A stretch of 46,735 bases of DNA from Deferribacterales bacterium. Lineage in GTDB: Bacteria > Chrysiogenota > Deferribacteres > Deferribacterales > Geovibrionaceae. The notes beneath the pieces were generated by a model. It was not told the origin of the DNA. It saw only the letters and a program-made list of their open reading frames with translations, and ran no database searches. Position 1 is the stretch's first letter, and the number at the start of each line of letters is the position of its first letter. The stretch lies in contig JBFWLW010000017.1 in assembly GCA_050251945.1 (NCBI GenBank), forward strand, positions 1 to 46,735, in the 5' to 3' direction. The position numbers and the translations under genes were made by a program. This document shows, in pieces, positions 27,704 to 38,252 of this stretch.

Positions 27704-28597
27704 TTATTTCTTTTTGACTGTATAAACCAGCGCACTGGCGACAGCGATTGAAGAGTATGTACCTATTATGATACCGATGAGCAGTGTGAATGCGAAGCCG
27801 TTTATCACCTCTCCGCCGAAGAAATACAGCGCTATGACTGTAAGCAGCGTCAGGAAAGATGTAATTATCGTACGGCTGAGTGTTTCGTTTATGCTGAGGT
27901 TTATAAGGTCTCTAAAAGACATCTTGCCCTCTTTGTCCTCGTGCATCGTTTCCCTTATGCGGTCAAAAACGACGATAGTGTCGTTAAGCGAGTAACCCAC
28001 AAGAGTAAGGATAGCCGCAACCACAGAGATAGATATCTCTTTTTCCATCAGGCTGAAAAAACCCATGGTGATTATAACGTCGTGGAACAGCGCAACTACC
28101 GCCGCCACGGAGAATATTATCTGGAATCTGAAAGCAACATAGATAAGGATACCTATCAGAGAGTAAAGAACTGCGTAAATAGCCATCTTTTTCAGTTCCT
28201 TACCAACCTGCGGACCAACCTGTTCAACCCTTTCAACCTCGAACTTGTTATCTTTCATCTTCTCCTGCAGTCCGAGTTTAATGGAGTCGGATACGTTTTT
28301 GAGGTCTTTGTCGTTCTTTACGACGCGGATAAGAACCTCTTCGTCGGTTCCGAAGTTCTGAATTATAGTTTCTCCGAGTTTCAGTTCATCCACAACAGAG
28401 CGGATAGCGTTCAGGTCGGGCGCTTTTTCAAACTTGACCTGGATTATTGAACCGCCTGCAAAGTCGATACCGTAGTTGAAACCCTTCGTTACCATTAGCG
28501 CTATGCTGATGGCAATGAGCAGTCCGGAAAAGGCAAAGAAATAATACGCTTTGCCCATGAAATCTATTTTTGTTCCTTGTTTTATCAATTGAAACAT
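27704..28597 (-). CDS. secF: Protein translocase subunit SecF
   Basis: GIDFAGG, VGPQVG, HDVII, GYSLNDTIVVFDRIRE, TLSRT, GTYSSI. Confidence 0.97.
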   Translation of the reverse strand: MFQLIKQGTKIDFMGKAYYFFAFSGLLIAISIALMVTKGFNYGIDFAGGSIIQVKFEKAPDLNAIRSVVDELKLGETIIQNFGTDEEVLIRVVKNDKDLKNVSDSIKLGLQEKMKDNKFEVERVEQVGPQVGKELKKMAIYAVLYSLIGILIYVAFRFQIIFSVAAVVALFHDVIITMGFFSLMEKEISISVVAAILTLVGYSLNDTIVVFDRIRETMHEDKEGKMSFRDLINLSINETLSRTIITSFLTLLTVIALYFFGGEVINGFAFTLLIGIIIGTYSSIAVASALVYTVKKK

Positions 28598-28613
28598 GTC
28601 TTGCTCCCTCCGG

Positions 28614-30158
28614 CTATATGCTCAGTGATTTGACATCTTTTTTGCCGAGGAAGGTCCAGAAGACCGCCTTAGTAACAAAGATAGCCGTGAAAAGGGAAGC
28701 CACGATACCGATTGAAAGCGTTATGGCGAAGCCCTTGATGGGGCCGGTGCCGAACTGGAACAGAACAATCGCAGCGATGATCGTTGTGATGTTCGCATCC
28801 ATGATCGTTGAAAACGCTTTTTCGTAACCGTATTCCAGAGCGTTCAGCGGGGTTCTGCCCAGCCTCAGCTCTTCACGCACACGCTCGAAGATAAGCACGT
28901 TCGCGTCAACAGCCATACCCACGGTAAGGATTATACCTGCTATACCGGGAAGGGTGAGCGTTGCGCCGAACTGAGCCATAACCCCGAGGATGATCACAAA
29001 GTTTGTGAACAGTGCGATGTTCGCAACCCAGCCTGACCATCTGTAGTAGATACCCATGAACACAACGATAAGGACGAAGCCGATGGCTGATGCCTTAACT
29101 CCTGCGTTGATGGAGTCCTGACCGAGTGAGGGACCGACGGTTCTGTTCTCTTCGATTTTAACGGGAGCGGGCAGCGAACCTGCGCGAAGAACTATCGCGA
29201 GGTCTTTCGCTTCCTGCATGTTGGACATACCGTCGATATATGCGGAACCGCCGGGGATCTTTGACTTGATGACGGGCGCGCTGTACACGTTGTCGTCAAG
29301 AACTATCGCCATGCGTTTTCCGATGTTTTCTCCGGTAAGCTCTTCAAAGAGTTTGCTTCCTGCCGCATCGAGCTTAAACTCGACTATGGGCTGGCTGTAT
29401 GTGTTTGAGAAGCTCACCTGTGCATCCGTAAGATAGTCCCCTGTGAGAACCACGTCCCGTTTCAGAACAAAAGGTATCTTGCTGACAGCGCCTGTGGCTT
29501 TGTCTGTGTGTTTCTGGTAAAGGATGATATCGTCAAAGGGAATGTTGCCGCTTGCCGCTTCCGCTTCGGAAACTGTGTCGTCAACCATATGGAAAGTAAG
29601 CTGTGCCGTTTTACCGATAAGGTTGATGGCGCGCTCAGGGTCTGTGATGCCGGGGAGCTGAACGACCACCTGATTGGTTCCCTGTCTCTGGATGATGGGT
29701 TCGGCAACGCCGAACTGGTCAACCCTGTTCCGGACAACCTCAAGCGACTGGTCGATAGCTGATTCCTTGATCTCTTTGACCGCTTTGGGGTCAAGGATAT
29801 AGGAGAGTGTGTTCTCCTCGGAGATGCTGACATCCTGAAGAGTGTTATAGCTCTTGGCTATGACGTCTTTTGCCTTGTTAAAGTCTTCGGGGGTTTTAAG
29901 GGAGATGTTTATTTTTCCCCCGCTGGCTTTCTGTACATAATTAAAGTTTATTTTTTCGGCTGCAAGCTCTTTTCTGAGCTGTACAACGGTGTTGTCGATT
30001 TTGCCTTCGACAGCTTTGTCTGTGTCGACACCGAGTACAACGTGCATACCGCCCTGAAGGTCGAGACCGAGATTGATCTTGTCCTTAAGAGGGAACATTG
30101 AATAGAGCGACCAGGCGAGAAGAATTAAAATTACTGCCCAGCGGACTTTCAGGTTCAT
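28614..30158 (-). CDS. secD: Protein translocase subunit SecD
   Basis: LGLDLQGG, RVDQFGVAEP, LRAGSLP, VGPSLG, GMAVDANVLIFER. Confidence 0.97.
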   Translation of the reverse strand: MNLKVRWAVILILLAWSLYSMFPLKDKINLGLDLQGGMHVVLGVDTDKAVEGKIDNTVVQLRKELAAEKINFNYVQKASGGKINISLKTPEDFNKAKDVIAKSYNTLQDVSISEENTLSYILDPKAVKEIKESAIDQSLEVVRNRVDQFGVAEPIIQRQGTNQVVVQLPGITDPERAINLIGKTAQLTFHMVDDTVSEAEAASGNIPFDDIILYQKHTDKATGAVSKIPFVLKRDVVLTGDYLTDAQVSFSNTYSQPIVEFKLDAAGSKLFEELTGENIGKRMAIVLDDNVYSAPVIKSKIPGGSAYIDGMSNMQEAKDLAIVLRAGSLPAPVKIEENRTVGPSLGQDSINAGVKASAIGFVLIVVFMGIYYRWSGWVANIALFTNFVIILGVMAQFGATLTLPGIAGIILTVGMAVDANVLIFERVREELRLGRTPLNALEYGYEKAFSTIMDANITTIIAAIVLFQFGTGPIKGFAITLSIGIVASLFTAIFVTKAVFWTFLGKKDVKSLSI

Positions 30159-30160
30159 GT

Positions 30161-30481
30161 TTATTTTTTCTCCTGTTCGGTGACTTTCTGTGCTATGCCG
30201 TTTTTGGTGAGCTTAACGGTAACACCGTCTGCTATTTCAACCAGAAAAGTGTTATTGTCGAGAACTTTGGTCACTTTGCAATAGATACCGCCTCCGGTGA
30301 TGAGTTCATCGCCGGCTTTTATGGCGTTCAGCATGTTCGCATGCTCTTTTTGTTTTTTCTGCTGAGGTCTGATAAGCAGGAAGTAGAATATACCGAATAT
30401 CACGACCATCATAAGAAGAGGCGCGAAAGGGCTGCCCTGTGCTGTGGCTCCGTCTGCTGCATATGCGATACTATTGAACAT
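30161..30481 (-). CDS. yajC: Preprotein translocase subunit YajC
   Basis: FYFLLIRPQQKKQKEH, GDELITGGGI. Confidence 0.96.
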   Translation of the reverse strand: MFNSIAYAADGATAQGSPFAPLLMMVVIFGIFYFLLIRPQQKKQKEHANMLNAIKAGDELITGGGIYCKVTKVLDNNTFLVEIADGVTVKLTKNGIAQKVTEQEKK

Positions 30482-31591
<1,110 letters not shown>

Positions 31592-31608
31592 TTATATCCT
31601 TTATATTT

Positions 31609-31697
31609 TCTCCCTCCTTTAACAAAGGAGGGCTGGGGTGGATTTTCATCCTGTTTAATGTAAATCCCCCTTAATCCCCCTTTTTCTAAGGGGGAGA
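31609..31697. repeat. Inverted pair of CCCCCTTT..AAGGGGG-type hairpin repeats
   Basis: CTCCCTCCTTTaacAAAGGAGGGctggggtggattt ... aaatcccccttaatCCCCCTTtttctAAGGGGGag. Confidence 0.65.
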
Positions 31698-31707
31698 TAA
31701 AATCCAG

Positions 31708-31728
31708 TTATTCTATATACATAGCGTC
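31708..31728 (-). repeat. Duplicate of the last 7 codons of queA (DAMYIE-stop)
   Basis: GACGCTATGTATATAGAATAA versus GATGCTATGTATATAGAGTAG at 31827-31847; 18/21 identical, all differences synonymous. Confidence 0.8.
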
Positions 31729-31826
31729 CATGAGCCACGGTTTTTTCCCGTCCTGAGGAAAAAACCGCCAACGCAAGCCAAAGCAGAGCCTTGTCTTGCT
31801 CACGCGAGCGGGTCTAATCCTGAAAC

Positions 31827-32852
31827 CTACTCTATATACATAGCATCGCCGTATGAAAAGAATTTATATTTTTTTTCGACGGCGTGTCTGTATGAATTCA
31901 TTGTCAGGTCGTAACCTGCGAACATACTCACCAGCACCAGAAGCGTTGATTTCGGCAGGTGAAAGTTAGTTATCATGCGGTCAATAATCCTGAATTTATA
32001 TCCGGGTTTGATGAAAAGGTTGGTATCGCCGCAGCCCGCCTTTATGCTGCCCTCTTCGTATGCCGATTCCAGTGCGCGTACCGCAGTGGTGCCGACTGCG
32101 ACAAGCTGTCTGCCGTTTGCCCGCAGATGGTTTATCTCTTTTGCCGTTTCAGGCGAAATGTAATATTTTTCCCAGTGCATGTCGTGGTCTTCCAGATAGT
32201 CCGCCTTGACCGGTCTGAAAGTCCCTATGCCTATATTGAGGGTCAGTTCAAGTATCCTGACCCCTTTCTGTCTCAGTTTTTCGAGTATCTCTTCGGTAAA
32301 ATGCAAGCCCGCCGTGGGTGCCGCAACGGATGCCTCGTCCGCGGAATATACCGTCTGATATCTGCTGGCGTCCGTTTCGGTGTCCTCTCTGTGTATGTAC
32401 GGAGGCAGAGGAATATGCCCGAATCTGTGCATGATTTCCGACGGGTCGGTGCTGAAACGTACAAGACGTGTTCCGTCCTCCCGCATCTCTTCTATGACAG
32501 CGGAGGCATCAGGAAAATTCAGTTCCGTTCCCTGTTTAACGTTGCCTTTTGTCAGGCAGAGACAATGGTCATCTTCCAGTTTTTCCAGAACCAGAAGCTC
32601 AACCAGCCCGCCTGTGGGCTTTTTTGCATAAAGGCGCGCCTTCATGACGCGAGTGGAGTTCACCACCAGAAAGCAGTTTTCGTCTATCATTTCCGTGATG
32701 TCCGTGAACACACGGTCGGATATTGTGCCGTTCGCACGGCTTATATGCATCAGCCTCGATGTGCCTCGGGTCTCGGCAGGATTCTGAGCGATAAGCTCTT
32801 CCGGCAGGTTAAAGTCGTAATCCGTTACAGGTGTCTTAGATATTATCCGCAA
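31827..32852 (-). CDS. queA: SAM:tRNA ribosyltransferase-isomerase
   Basis: DFNLPEELIAQ, PLPPYI, RYQTVY, VAAPTAGLHFT, TNFHLPKST, FFSYGDAM. Confidence 0.98.
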   Translation of the reverse strand: MRIISKTPVTDYDFNLPEELIAQNPAETRGTSRLMHISRANGTISDRVFTDITEMIDENCFLVVNSTRVMKARLYAKKPTGGLVELLVLEKLEDDHCLCLTKGNVKQGTELNFPDASAVIEEMREDGTRLVRFSTDPSEIMHRFGHIPLPPYIHREDTETDASRYQTVYSADEASVAAPTAGLHFTEEILEKLRQKGVRILELTLNIGIGTFRPVKADYLEDHDMHWEKYYISPETAKEINHLRANGRQLVAVGTTAVRALESAYEEGSIKAGCGDTNLFIKPGYKFRIIDRMITNFHLPKSTLLVLVSMFAGYDLTMNSYRHAVEKKYKFFSYGDAMYIE

Positions 32853-34212
32853 GATATTTCTTAACCTTATCAGTGTCGTTGTCCATCAGGATACATTTTT
32901 TAGGCAGATCCTCCAGCTTTGATATTCCGGACGGAACCGAGGGTTTTACCCCTGCTGCCTTTTCGGCAACTTCCGGGAATTTTGCCGGATGTGCTGTTGA
33001 AAGGCAGATATAGTCCGCATCGTGGAATTCCAGAGCCGCGCCCACTCCGCATGCGGTGTGGGGGTCGAGGATATATTTGAATGTATTGTAGAAATACTGA
33101 ATGACAGTTTCTGTCAGTATGTCGGATGCGCTGAAAGTGCCGAACAGCTTCTGAGTATCCTTTATTTCTTTGCCGGTGAAGGTGATTTTGCCTGTGGCTT
33201 TCAGCTCCGCCATTTTTTCGATAACTTTAACGCTGTTCTCATTATAAAGGTAATATAAAAAACGCTCGAAATTTGAAGCAATCTGAATGTCCATGCTGGG
33301 GCTGTGAGTTATCACAACGTCCTTTATGCTGTAGTCGCCGTCGTTTATGAAACGGGAAAGGATGTTGTTCGAGTTGGTGGCGAGGATGAGTTTGTCAATG
33401 TTCAGACCCATGCGCATGGCGAAATATCCGGCAAATATATTGCCGAAATTGCCTGTAGGGACGACGAAACGTATCTTTTCCGCGCCCTGTTCCTGCGCGC
33501 GGAAGTAGCCGTAGAAATAATAGACCACCTGCGCCAGAACCCGTGCCCAGTTTATTGAGTTCACCGCGCCGAGTTTATTCTGTTTTTTGAATTCAACGTC
33601 TGCAAAGATGGCTTTCACCATGTCCTGACAGTCGTCGAATGTACCGTTGACAGCAACGTTGAAGACGTTTTCGTCGGTGACGGAGGTCATCTGCATTTTC
33701 TGAACGCGGCTTACCCTGCCTTCGGGGTGGAGGATGAATATTTTTATGTTGTCTTTGCCGCGCACGCCGTAAATTGCCGCGGAACCTGTGTCGCCGCTTG
33801 TCGCGCCGATGATGTTCAGCTTTTCGCCGCGCTCTTTCAGAATATATTCAAACAGGTTGCCGAGAAGCTGGAGCGCAACGTCTTTGAACGCGAAGGTGGG
33901 ACCGTGGAAAAGCTCCTGAACGAACAGTTCGCCTTTCTTTATAACGGGTGCAACTTCGGGAGTGTCGAAAGAAGCGTAGCTTCTGTCTATCAGCTCTTTA
34001 AGGTCGCTTGCAGGGATGTCGTCCGCGAACCTGCTCAATACCGCATATGCAAGTTCGGGATACGTCATTTTTGACATTGCTTTAAGTTCGTCTTTGGTCA
34101 GGGCGGGTATCTTCTCAGGGAGAAGAAGCCCTCCGTCTTCCGCCAGACCCATCATGACGGCATCCTTGAAACCGACCGGTGTAGTTTTTCCTCTTGTGCT
34201 GATATATCTCAT
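32836..34212 (-). CDS. thrC: Threonine synthase
   Basis: MRYISTRG, ELFHGPTFAFKD (PLP Lys), ATSGDTGSA, NSINWAR, VPTGNFGN, STAHPAKF. Confidence 0.97.
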   Translation of the reverse strand: MRYISTRGKTTPVGFKDAVMMGLAEDGGLLLPEKIPALTKDELKAMSKMTYPELAYAVLSRFADDIPASDLKELIDRSYASFDTPEVAPVIKKGELFVQELFHGPTFAFKDVALQLLGNLFEYILKERGEKLNIIGATSGDTGSAAIYGVRGKDNIKIFILHPEGRVSRVQKMQMTSVTDENVFNVAVNGTFDDCQDMVKAIFADVEFKKQNKLGAVNSINWARVLAQVVYYFYGYFRAQEQGAEKIRFVVPTGNFGNIFAGYFAMRMGLNIDKLILATNSNNILSRFINDGDYSIKDVVITHSPSMDIQIASNFERFLYYLYNENSVKVIEKMAELKATGKITFTGKEIKDTQKLFGTFSASDILTETVIQYFYNTFKYILDPHTACGVGAALEFHDADYICLSTAHPAKFPEVAEKAAGVKPSVPSGISKLEDLPKKCILMDNDTDKVKKYLADNI

Positions 34213-34236
34213 CTTTGCCTCTTCCGGTGAAAAAAC

Positions 34237-34255
34237 AGGGGGCATAAAGCCCCCT
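34237..34255 (-). terminator. Hairpin/terminator between ndk and thrC
   Basis: AGGGGGC-ataaa-GCCCCCT followed by GTTTTTT on the minus strand. Confidence 0.6.
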
Positions 34256-34281
34256 TTTCAGATTATTTCGTTTTGAAAAAA

Positions 34282-34698
34282 TTAAACAAGTTCAAGCTGA
34301 GAGAAGAAGTAAGCTATCTCCTGTGCAGCAGTTTCGGGAGCGTCGGAACCGTGAGTTGCGTTGTTGTCGATGCTTTCGCCGAATTCCTTTCTAAGTGTGC
34401 CTTCTGCCGCGTCTTTGGGGTTTGTTGCGCCCATAAGGTCGCGCCAGCCTTTGATGGCGTTGTCTTTTTCAAGAACCATAACTATGCAGGGGGCGCTGCA
34501 CATAAAGCTTGTAAGGTCGTTGAAGAAGGGACGTGCAGAGTGAACGGCATAGAAGCCTTCGGCTTCAGCCTTTGTCATATGCATTTTTTTCAGACCTACT
34601 ATTTTGAAGCCCACTTTTTCAATTCTGCTGATGATTGCGCCTGCATTGCCTTTTGCAGTTGCGTCGGGTTTGATGATTGCGAATGTTCTTTCCATCAT
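34282..34698 (-). CDS. ndk: Nucleoside diphosphate kinase
   Basis: [24 protein letters not shown]. Confidence 0.98.
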   Translation of the reverse strand: MMERTFAIIKPDATAKGNAGAIISRIEKVGFKIVGLKKMHMTKAEAEGFYAVHSARPFFNDLTSFMCSAPCIVMVLEKDNAIKGWRDLMGATNPKDAAEGTLRKEFGESIDNNATHGSDAPETAAQEIAYFFSQLELV

Positions 34699-34803
34699 TA
34701 ATCCTCTTGGTTTGTTGTTTTATTTGTGCATGTATGCTCTAGCATAAGTTATAAAGATATGCAATTTTTTTCGGGCTTCGCACAAAAAAGCGAAAAAATA
34801 TGA

Positions 34804-34868
34804 GACTGCTTCAGGCGTAAGCCTTCGCAGAGACGTCTCTGCGTGGAACTGGAGCGACGCGGCAGTCT
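34804..34868. repeat. Abutting inverted pair of REP-like units
   Basis: GACTGCTTCAGGCGTAAGCCTTCGCAGAGAC|GTCTCTGCGTGGAACTGGAGCGACGCGGCAGTCT. Confidence 0.75.
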
Positions 34869-34873
34869 GTCTT

Positions 34874-35761
34874 TTACTTAAGGTAGCCTTTCACCGTTTC
34901 TTCCAGTTTATGCCTTTCTATACCCATTGTTGTGAACGCGCTGTCTTCCGGGCAGACGTTCCCTTCGGTGAGCATGATGAACTGATCTTTCGTTATGGGG
35001 AACCAGTCGGTCTTGCCGAACATGCCTATCGCAGCTTTGATGAATACCTCGGGTACCGGAAGCAAAAGGTGGCTTTTGCCCAGCACACGGCTTATCATTT
35101 GCAGAAGTTCCTTATAGGTCACGGCGTCAGGTCCGCAAAGACTGTATGTCTTTCCTATGGTCTCAGGCGTTTCGATAGCTTTAACGAAGCAGTCCGCCAC
35201 GTCCTGAACGTATATCGGCTGCATCGGATATGAACCGTTGCCGAAATAGCTGAAAACAGGCGTTTTTTTCATGTAACCGGCAAGCATGTTTATGAAGGTG
35301 TCCTGCGGACCGTATATGAGCGACGGGCGGAATATGGTATAGTCCAGCCCTTTGGTCATTACGGCGTTTTCGCCGCGGCATTTGGTTATGTGGTACATGC
35401 TCACAGCGTTTTCCCGTGTGCCGTTGGCTGACATGTGGATGAAGCGTTTAACTCCGCACTCCGCCGCCGCCGAAGCTACGTTTTCGGATGCGCGGGTGTG
35501 CATGTTCTCAAAGGTTACCCACTTGCGCGGGAACTCGCGGATTATCCCGACAAGATGAATGACCGCATCCATTCCATGCATCGCCTTCGTCAGGCTGACA
35601 TGGTCAAGCACGTCTCCGTAAAGCTCCACCGCTGGGTGTTTAAGCTTTTTTTCGCTGCCTCTGCGTATGAGGGCATAGGGTGTGTATCCGTGTCTGTTCA
35701 GCGATTCGATGACCGCGTTGCCGACGAAGCCTGTGGCTCCTGTTATCAGTACCTTTTTCAT
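34874..35761 (-). CDS. NAD-dependent epimerase/dehydratase, NDUFA9-like atypical SDR
   Basis: ITGATGFVG, VIHLVGII, HMSANG, YHITK..GE, FRPSLIYG, QPIYVQDVA. Confidence 0.88.
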   Translation of the reverse strand: MKKVLITGATGFVGNAVIESLNRHGYTPYALIRRGSEKKLKHPAVELYGDVLDHVSLTKAMHGMDAVIHLVGIIREFPRKWVTFENMHTRASENVASAAAECGVKRFIHMSANGTRENAVSMYHITKCRGENAVMTKGLDYTIFRPSLIYGPQDTFINMLAGYMKKTPVFSYFGNGSYPMQPIYVQDVADCFVKAIETPETIGKTYSLCGPDAVTYKELLQMISRVLGKSHLLLPVPEVFIKAAIGMFGKTDWFPITKDQFIMLTEGNVCPEDSAFTTMGIERHKLEETVKGYLK

Positions 35762-36423
35762 ATGACATGCTCCTTTTTGAAACTGAAGAAACCTGTCCTG
35801 CTGACAATTATATGGTCTGCCATGACTATATCCAGCGCGCCAAGCGCCTTTATAAGCTTGTCTGTGAGGGTTATGTCCTCTTCCGAAGGGTTAAGACCGC
35901 CCGCCGGATGATTGTGCGCCACGATAACGAAGCTTGCCTTTTTTTTCAGTGCCTCTTCCGCTATCTCGCGCGGGTAAACAGAGAGTCTGTCCACTGTCCC
36001 TTTGAAAAAGGTCTTGTAGCCAAGAAGCTTTTTGTTCACATCCATGAACAGTGCAAAGAACTGTTCCTTCTGTTCGTATCCAATGCGGAAACGGAGGAAG
36101 GATGCCGCCTTTTCCGGATTGTCGATTGTCACCGACTCCAGTTCTATCTCTTCGTAGCTTATGCGGGAATAGAGTTCTTTCAGCACGGAGAAGAAGAATT
36201 TCGCCTCGTCCCCCAGCCCCTCCACGTCTGCCATGGAATATCCCGCAACGCCGCTTATGCCGCCTGCTTTTTCTATAAGAGCCTTCGCCTGAGGTTTAAC
36301 GTCTCTGCCGCGAATCACATATCCGAGCAAAAGTTCTATAACTTCATAGTCATACAGAGATTCAGGCTCTTTTGAAAACCTCTGTTTGAGCCTTTGTCTA
36401 TGTCCGGTGTAATGTTCTTTCAT
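35758..36423 (-). CDS. radC: RadC-family JAB-domain protein
   Basis: GHRQRLK, DYEVIELLL, GTVDR..VYPRE, HNHPAG..NPSEED, DHII. Confidence 0.95.
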   Translation of the reverse strand: MKEHYTGHRQRLKQRFSKEPESLYDYEVIELLLGYVIRGRDVKPQAKALIEKAGGISGVAGYSMADVEGLGDEAKFFFSVLKELYSRISYEEIELESVTIDNPEKAASFLRFRIGYEQKEQFFALFMDVNKKLLGYKTFFKGTVDRLSVYPREIAEEALKKKASFVIVAHNHPAGGLNPSEEDITLTDKLIKALGALDIVMADHIIVSRTGFFSFKKEHVI

Positions 36424-36465
36424 AAGGTAAATATATCATAAACGGGTTAAAAGTGTAAATGAAAG

Positions 36466-36575
36466 AGACTGCTTTAGCTCATTGCAAGCCGCTCGTTCAG
36501 CCTGCGTCTGGTGTTGCAAGCTCCTCGCAGAGACTTTTTTTGTCTTCGCGAGGAGCATACGCGACGACGCGACCT
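36466..36575. repeat. Inverted pair of REP-like units, first with expanded loop
   Basis: AGACTGCTTTAG...CTCGCAGAGAC-T7-GTCTTCGCGAGGAGCATACGCGACGACGCGACCT. Confidence 0.7.
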
Positions 36576-36586
36576 CGCATTTTCCT

Positions 36587-36766
36587 GACTGATGACAAAG
36601 AGGAGAAAAGACTAGATTGCGTCGCTTTATTCGACAAATAGTTTAAAGTGGAATCATTCAGCCTTCGGCTAGTGCTCGCAAAGACGGAAAGAAAAACCTG
36701 TCTCTGCGAGGGCTTAGCCCGAAGCAGTCTAATGTTTCTGTATGAATCTTTAGATTGTCAACAACC
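36587..36766 (-). mobile_element. MITE-like element enclosing two REP-like units
   Basis: Ends GACTGATGACAAAG...TTGTCAACAACC; 36700-36766 is a near reverse complement of 46534-46601; other end identical over 14 nt to 7544-7557. Confidence 0.6.
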
Positions 36767-36770
36767 TGGC

Positions 36771-37103
36771 GCGTGTTTATCCCGCTTTTTGCGTTGTCAA
36801 AAAATGACAGGAAGTCATTTTTGGGTTGGATATAAAGACACATGGATGTGTCTCACGGAGTGAATTTTGGCATTTTATGACAAAAATTTATGAAGTGTGA
36901 GCAAAGTGCGTGTTTATCCCGCGTTTTGCGTTGCTCAAAAATGACAGGAAGTCATTTTTGGGTTGGATATAAAGACACATGGATGTGTCTCACGGAGTGA
37001 ATTTTGGCATTTTATGACAAAAATTTATGAAGTGTGAGCAAAGTGCGTGTTTATCCCGCGTTTTGCGTTGCTCAAAAATGACAGGAAGTCATTTTTGGGT
37101 TGG
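36771..37103 (+). repeat. 137-bp tandem repeat (about 2.4 copies) of GGA-loop hairpins; candidate CsrA-binding RNA
   Basis: Copies start at 36771, 36908, 37045; hairpins AAAAATGAC-AGGAA-GTCATTTTT, AGACACA-TGGA-TGTGTCT, TCAC-GGA-GTGA. Confidence 0.9.
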
Positions 37104-37165
37104 TATTTAAAAACGTTTCTTGCTTTTTGCCGTCAATTTAATATTATCATGTGGGAGGTGAGGAT

Positions 37166-37492
37166 ATGTTCGGACTTGGATTCGGTGAAATAATTTTGAT
37201 TCTTGCCATCGCACTGGTGGTTGTCGGGCCTAAAAAACTGCCCGAAATAGCGAAGGGACTTGGAAAAGCATACGGAGAATTCAGAAAATACATGAATGAA
37301 TTCAAAGATGCGGTTAACGTCGGTATCGACGAAGTTGAAAAACCCAAACCCTCTCCCGCTCAGAAAGTTTACGAAGAACATTACAAAGACACAGTAAAAG
37401 ATGAACCCTCTACTGTCGATGCTGAACCGGTAAAGGCGGAACCTGCGAAAGAGGAGCCTGCGAAGGCGGAGGAGAAGAAACAGGATGCCTAA
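37166..37492 (+). CDS. tatB: Twin-arginine translocase TatB/TatA-family subunit
   Basis: MFGLGFGEIILILAIALVVVGPKKLPEIAKGLGK; directly upstream of tatC. Confidence 0.88.
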   Translation: MFGLGFGEIILILAIALVVVGPKKLPEIAKGLGKAYGEFRKYMNEFKDAVNVGIDEVEKPKPSPAQKVYEEHYKDTVKDEPSTVDAEPVKAEPAKEEPAKAEEKKQDA

Positions 37493-38252
37493 CGAGAAAG
37501 AAACGGGCGTTGAAGCAAAACAGCCCCTTATGGAACATCTGGAGGAGCTCAGAAAAAGGCTCATTCGTGTATTTATAATCGTTGTAATAGTTTTCAGTGT
37601 TGTTTACAGCAACAGCAAGATATTTATGGATTTTGTAACAGCTCCGGTGATTGAGGTTCTGCCCGCACATGCCAGCCTTTCTATGATAAAGATAACAGAG
37701 GGATTTTTCGTGGAGCTTAAGCTCTGTGCAGTTGTTGCGGTCTTTTTCAGTATGCCCGCAATATTCTATGAACTCTGGAAATTCATTGCTCCCGGGCTTT
37801 ACGCACAGGAGAAGAAGTACATCGTCTCCTTCGTAATATCAGCCACCCTGCTTTTCATCGGCGGTGCGGCGTTCGCATATTACGGCGCGTTTCCGTTCGG
37901 CTTCAAATTTTTCCTCAGCTATGCGCAGGGAGATATAACCGCTACGCTTTCGCTGCAGGAATACCTCGGCTTTTTTACGAAGATGATAATGGCGTTCGGA
38001 TTTGTTTTTGAAATGCCCGTTTTCACCTTCTTTCTGGCAAAGATGGGATTTCTGACATCAGGAATGATGAATAAATACAGAAAATATTCCTATCTCGGGA
38101 TATTCATCATCGCGGCGATACTTACGCCGCCAGACGTATTTTCGCAGATGATGATGGCTTGCCCTATGATGATATTGTACGAAGTTAGCGTCTTTGTTGC
38201 TAAAATTTTCGGACGCAAACGTGAGATCAAAGAGGAAGATGTCTACGCCTAA
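37485..38252 (+). CDS. tatC: Twin-arginine translocase TatC
   Basis: HLEELRKRL, WKFIAPGLY, FEMP, AAILTPPDVFSQ. Confidence 0.97.
   Translation: MPNEKETGVEAKQPLMEHLEELRKRLIRVFIIVVIVFSVVYSNSKIFMDFVTAPVIEVLPAHASLSMIKITEGFFVELKLCAVVAVFFSMPAIFYELWKFIAPGLYAQEKKYIVSFVISATLLFIGGAAFAYYGAFPFGFKFFLSYAQGDITATLSLQEYLGFFTKMIMAFGFVFEMPVFTFFLAKMGFLTSGMMNKYRKYSYLGIFIIAAILTPPDVFSQMMMACPMMILYEVSVFVAKIFGRKREIKEEDVYA

Noticed and set aside
35758..36423. radC as marker of a mobile island
   Set aside because: Full-length chromosomal type with N-terminal GHR.RL region, coupled to a housekeeping SDR gene; no integrase or cargo genes
36771..37103. CRISPR array
   Set aside because: Whole 137-bp units repeat with no unique spacers, and there is no cas operon; the Cas2-like gene is 36 kb away
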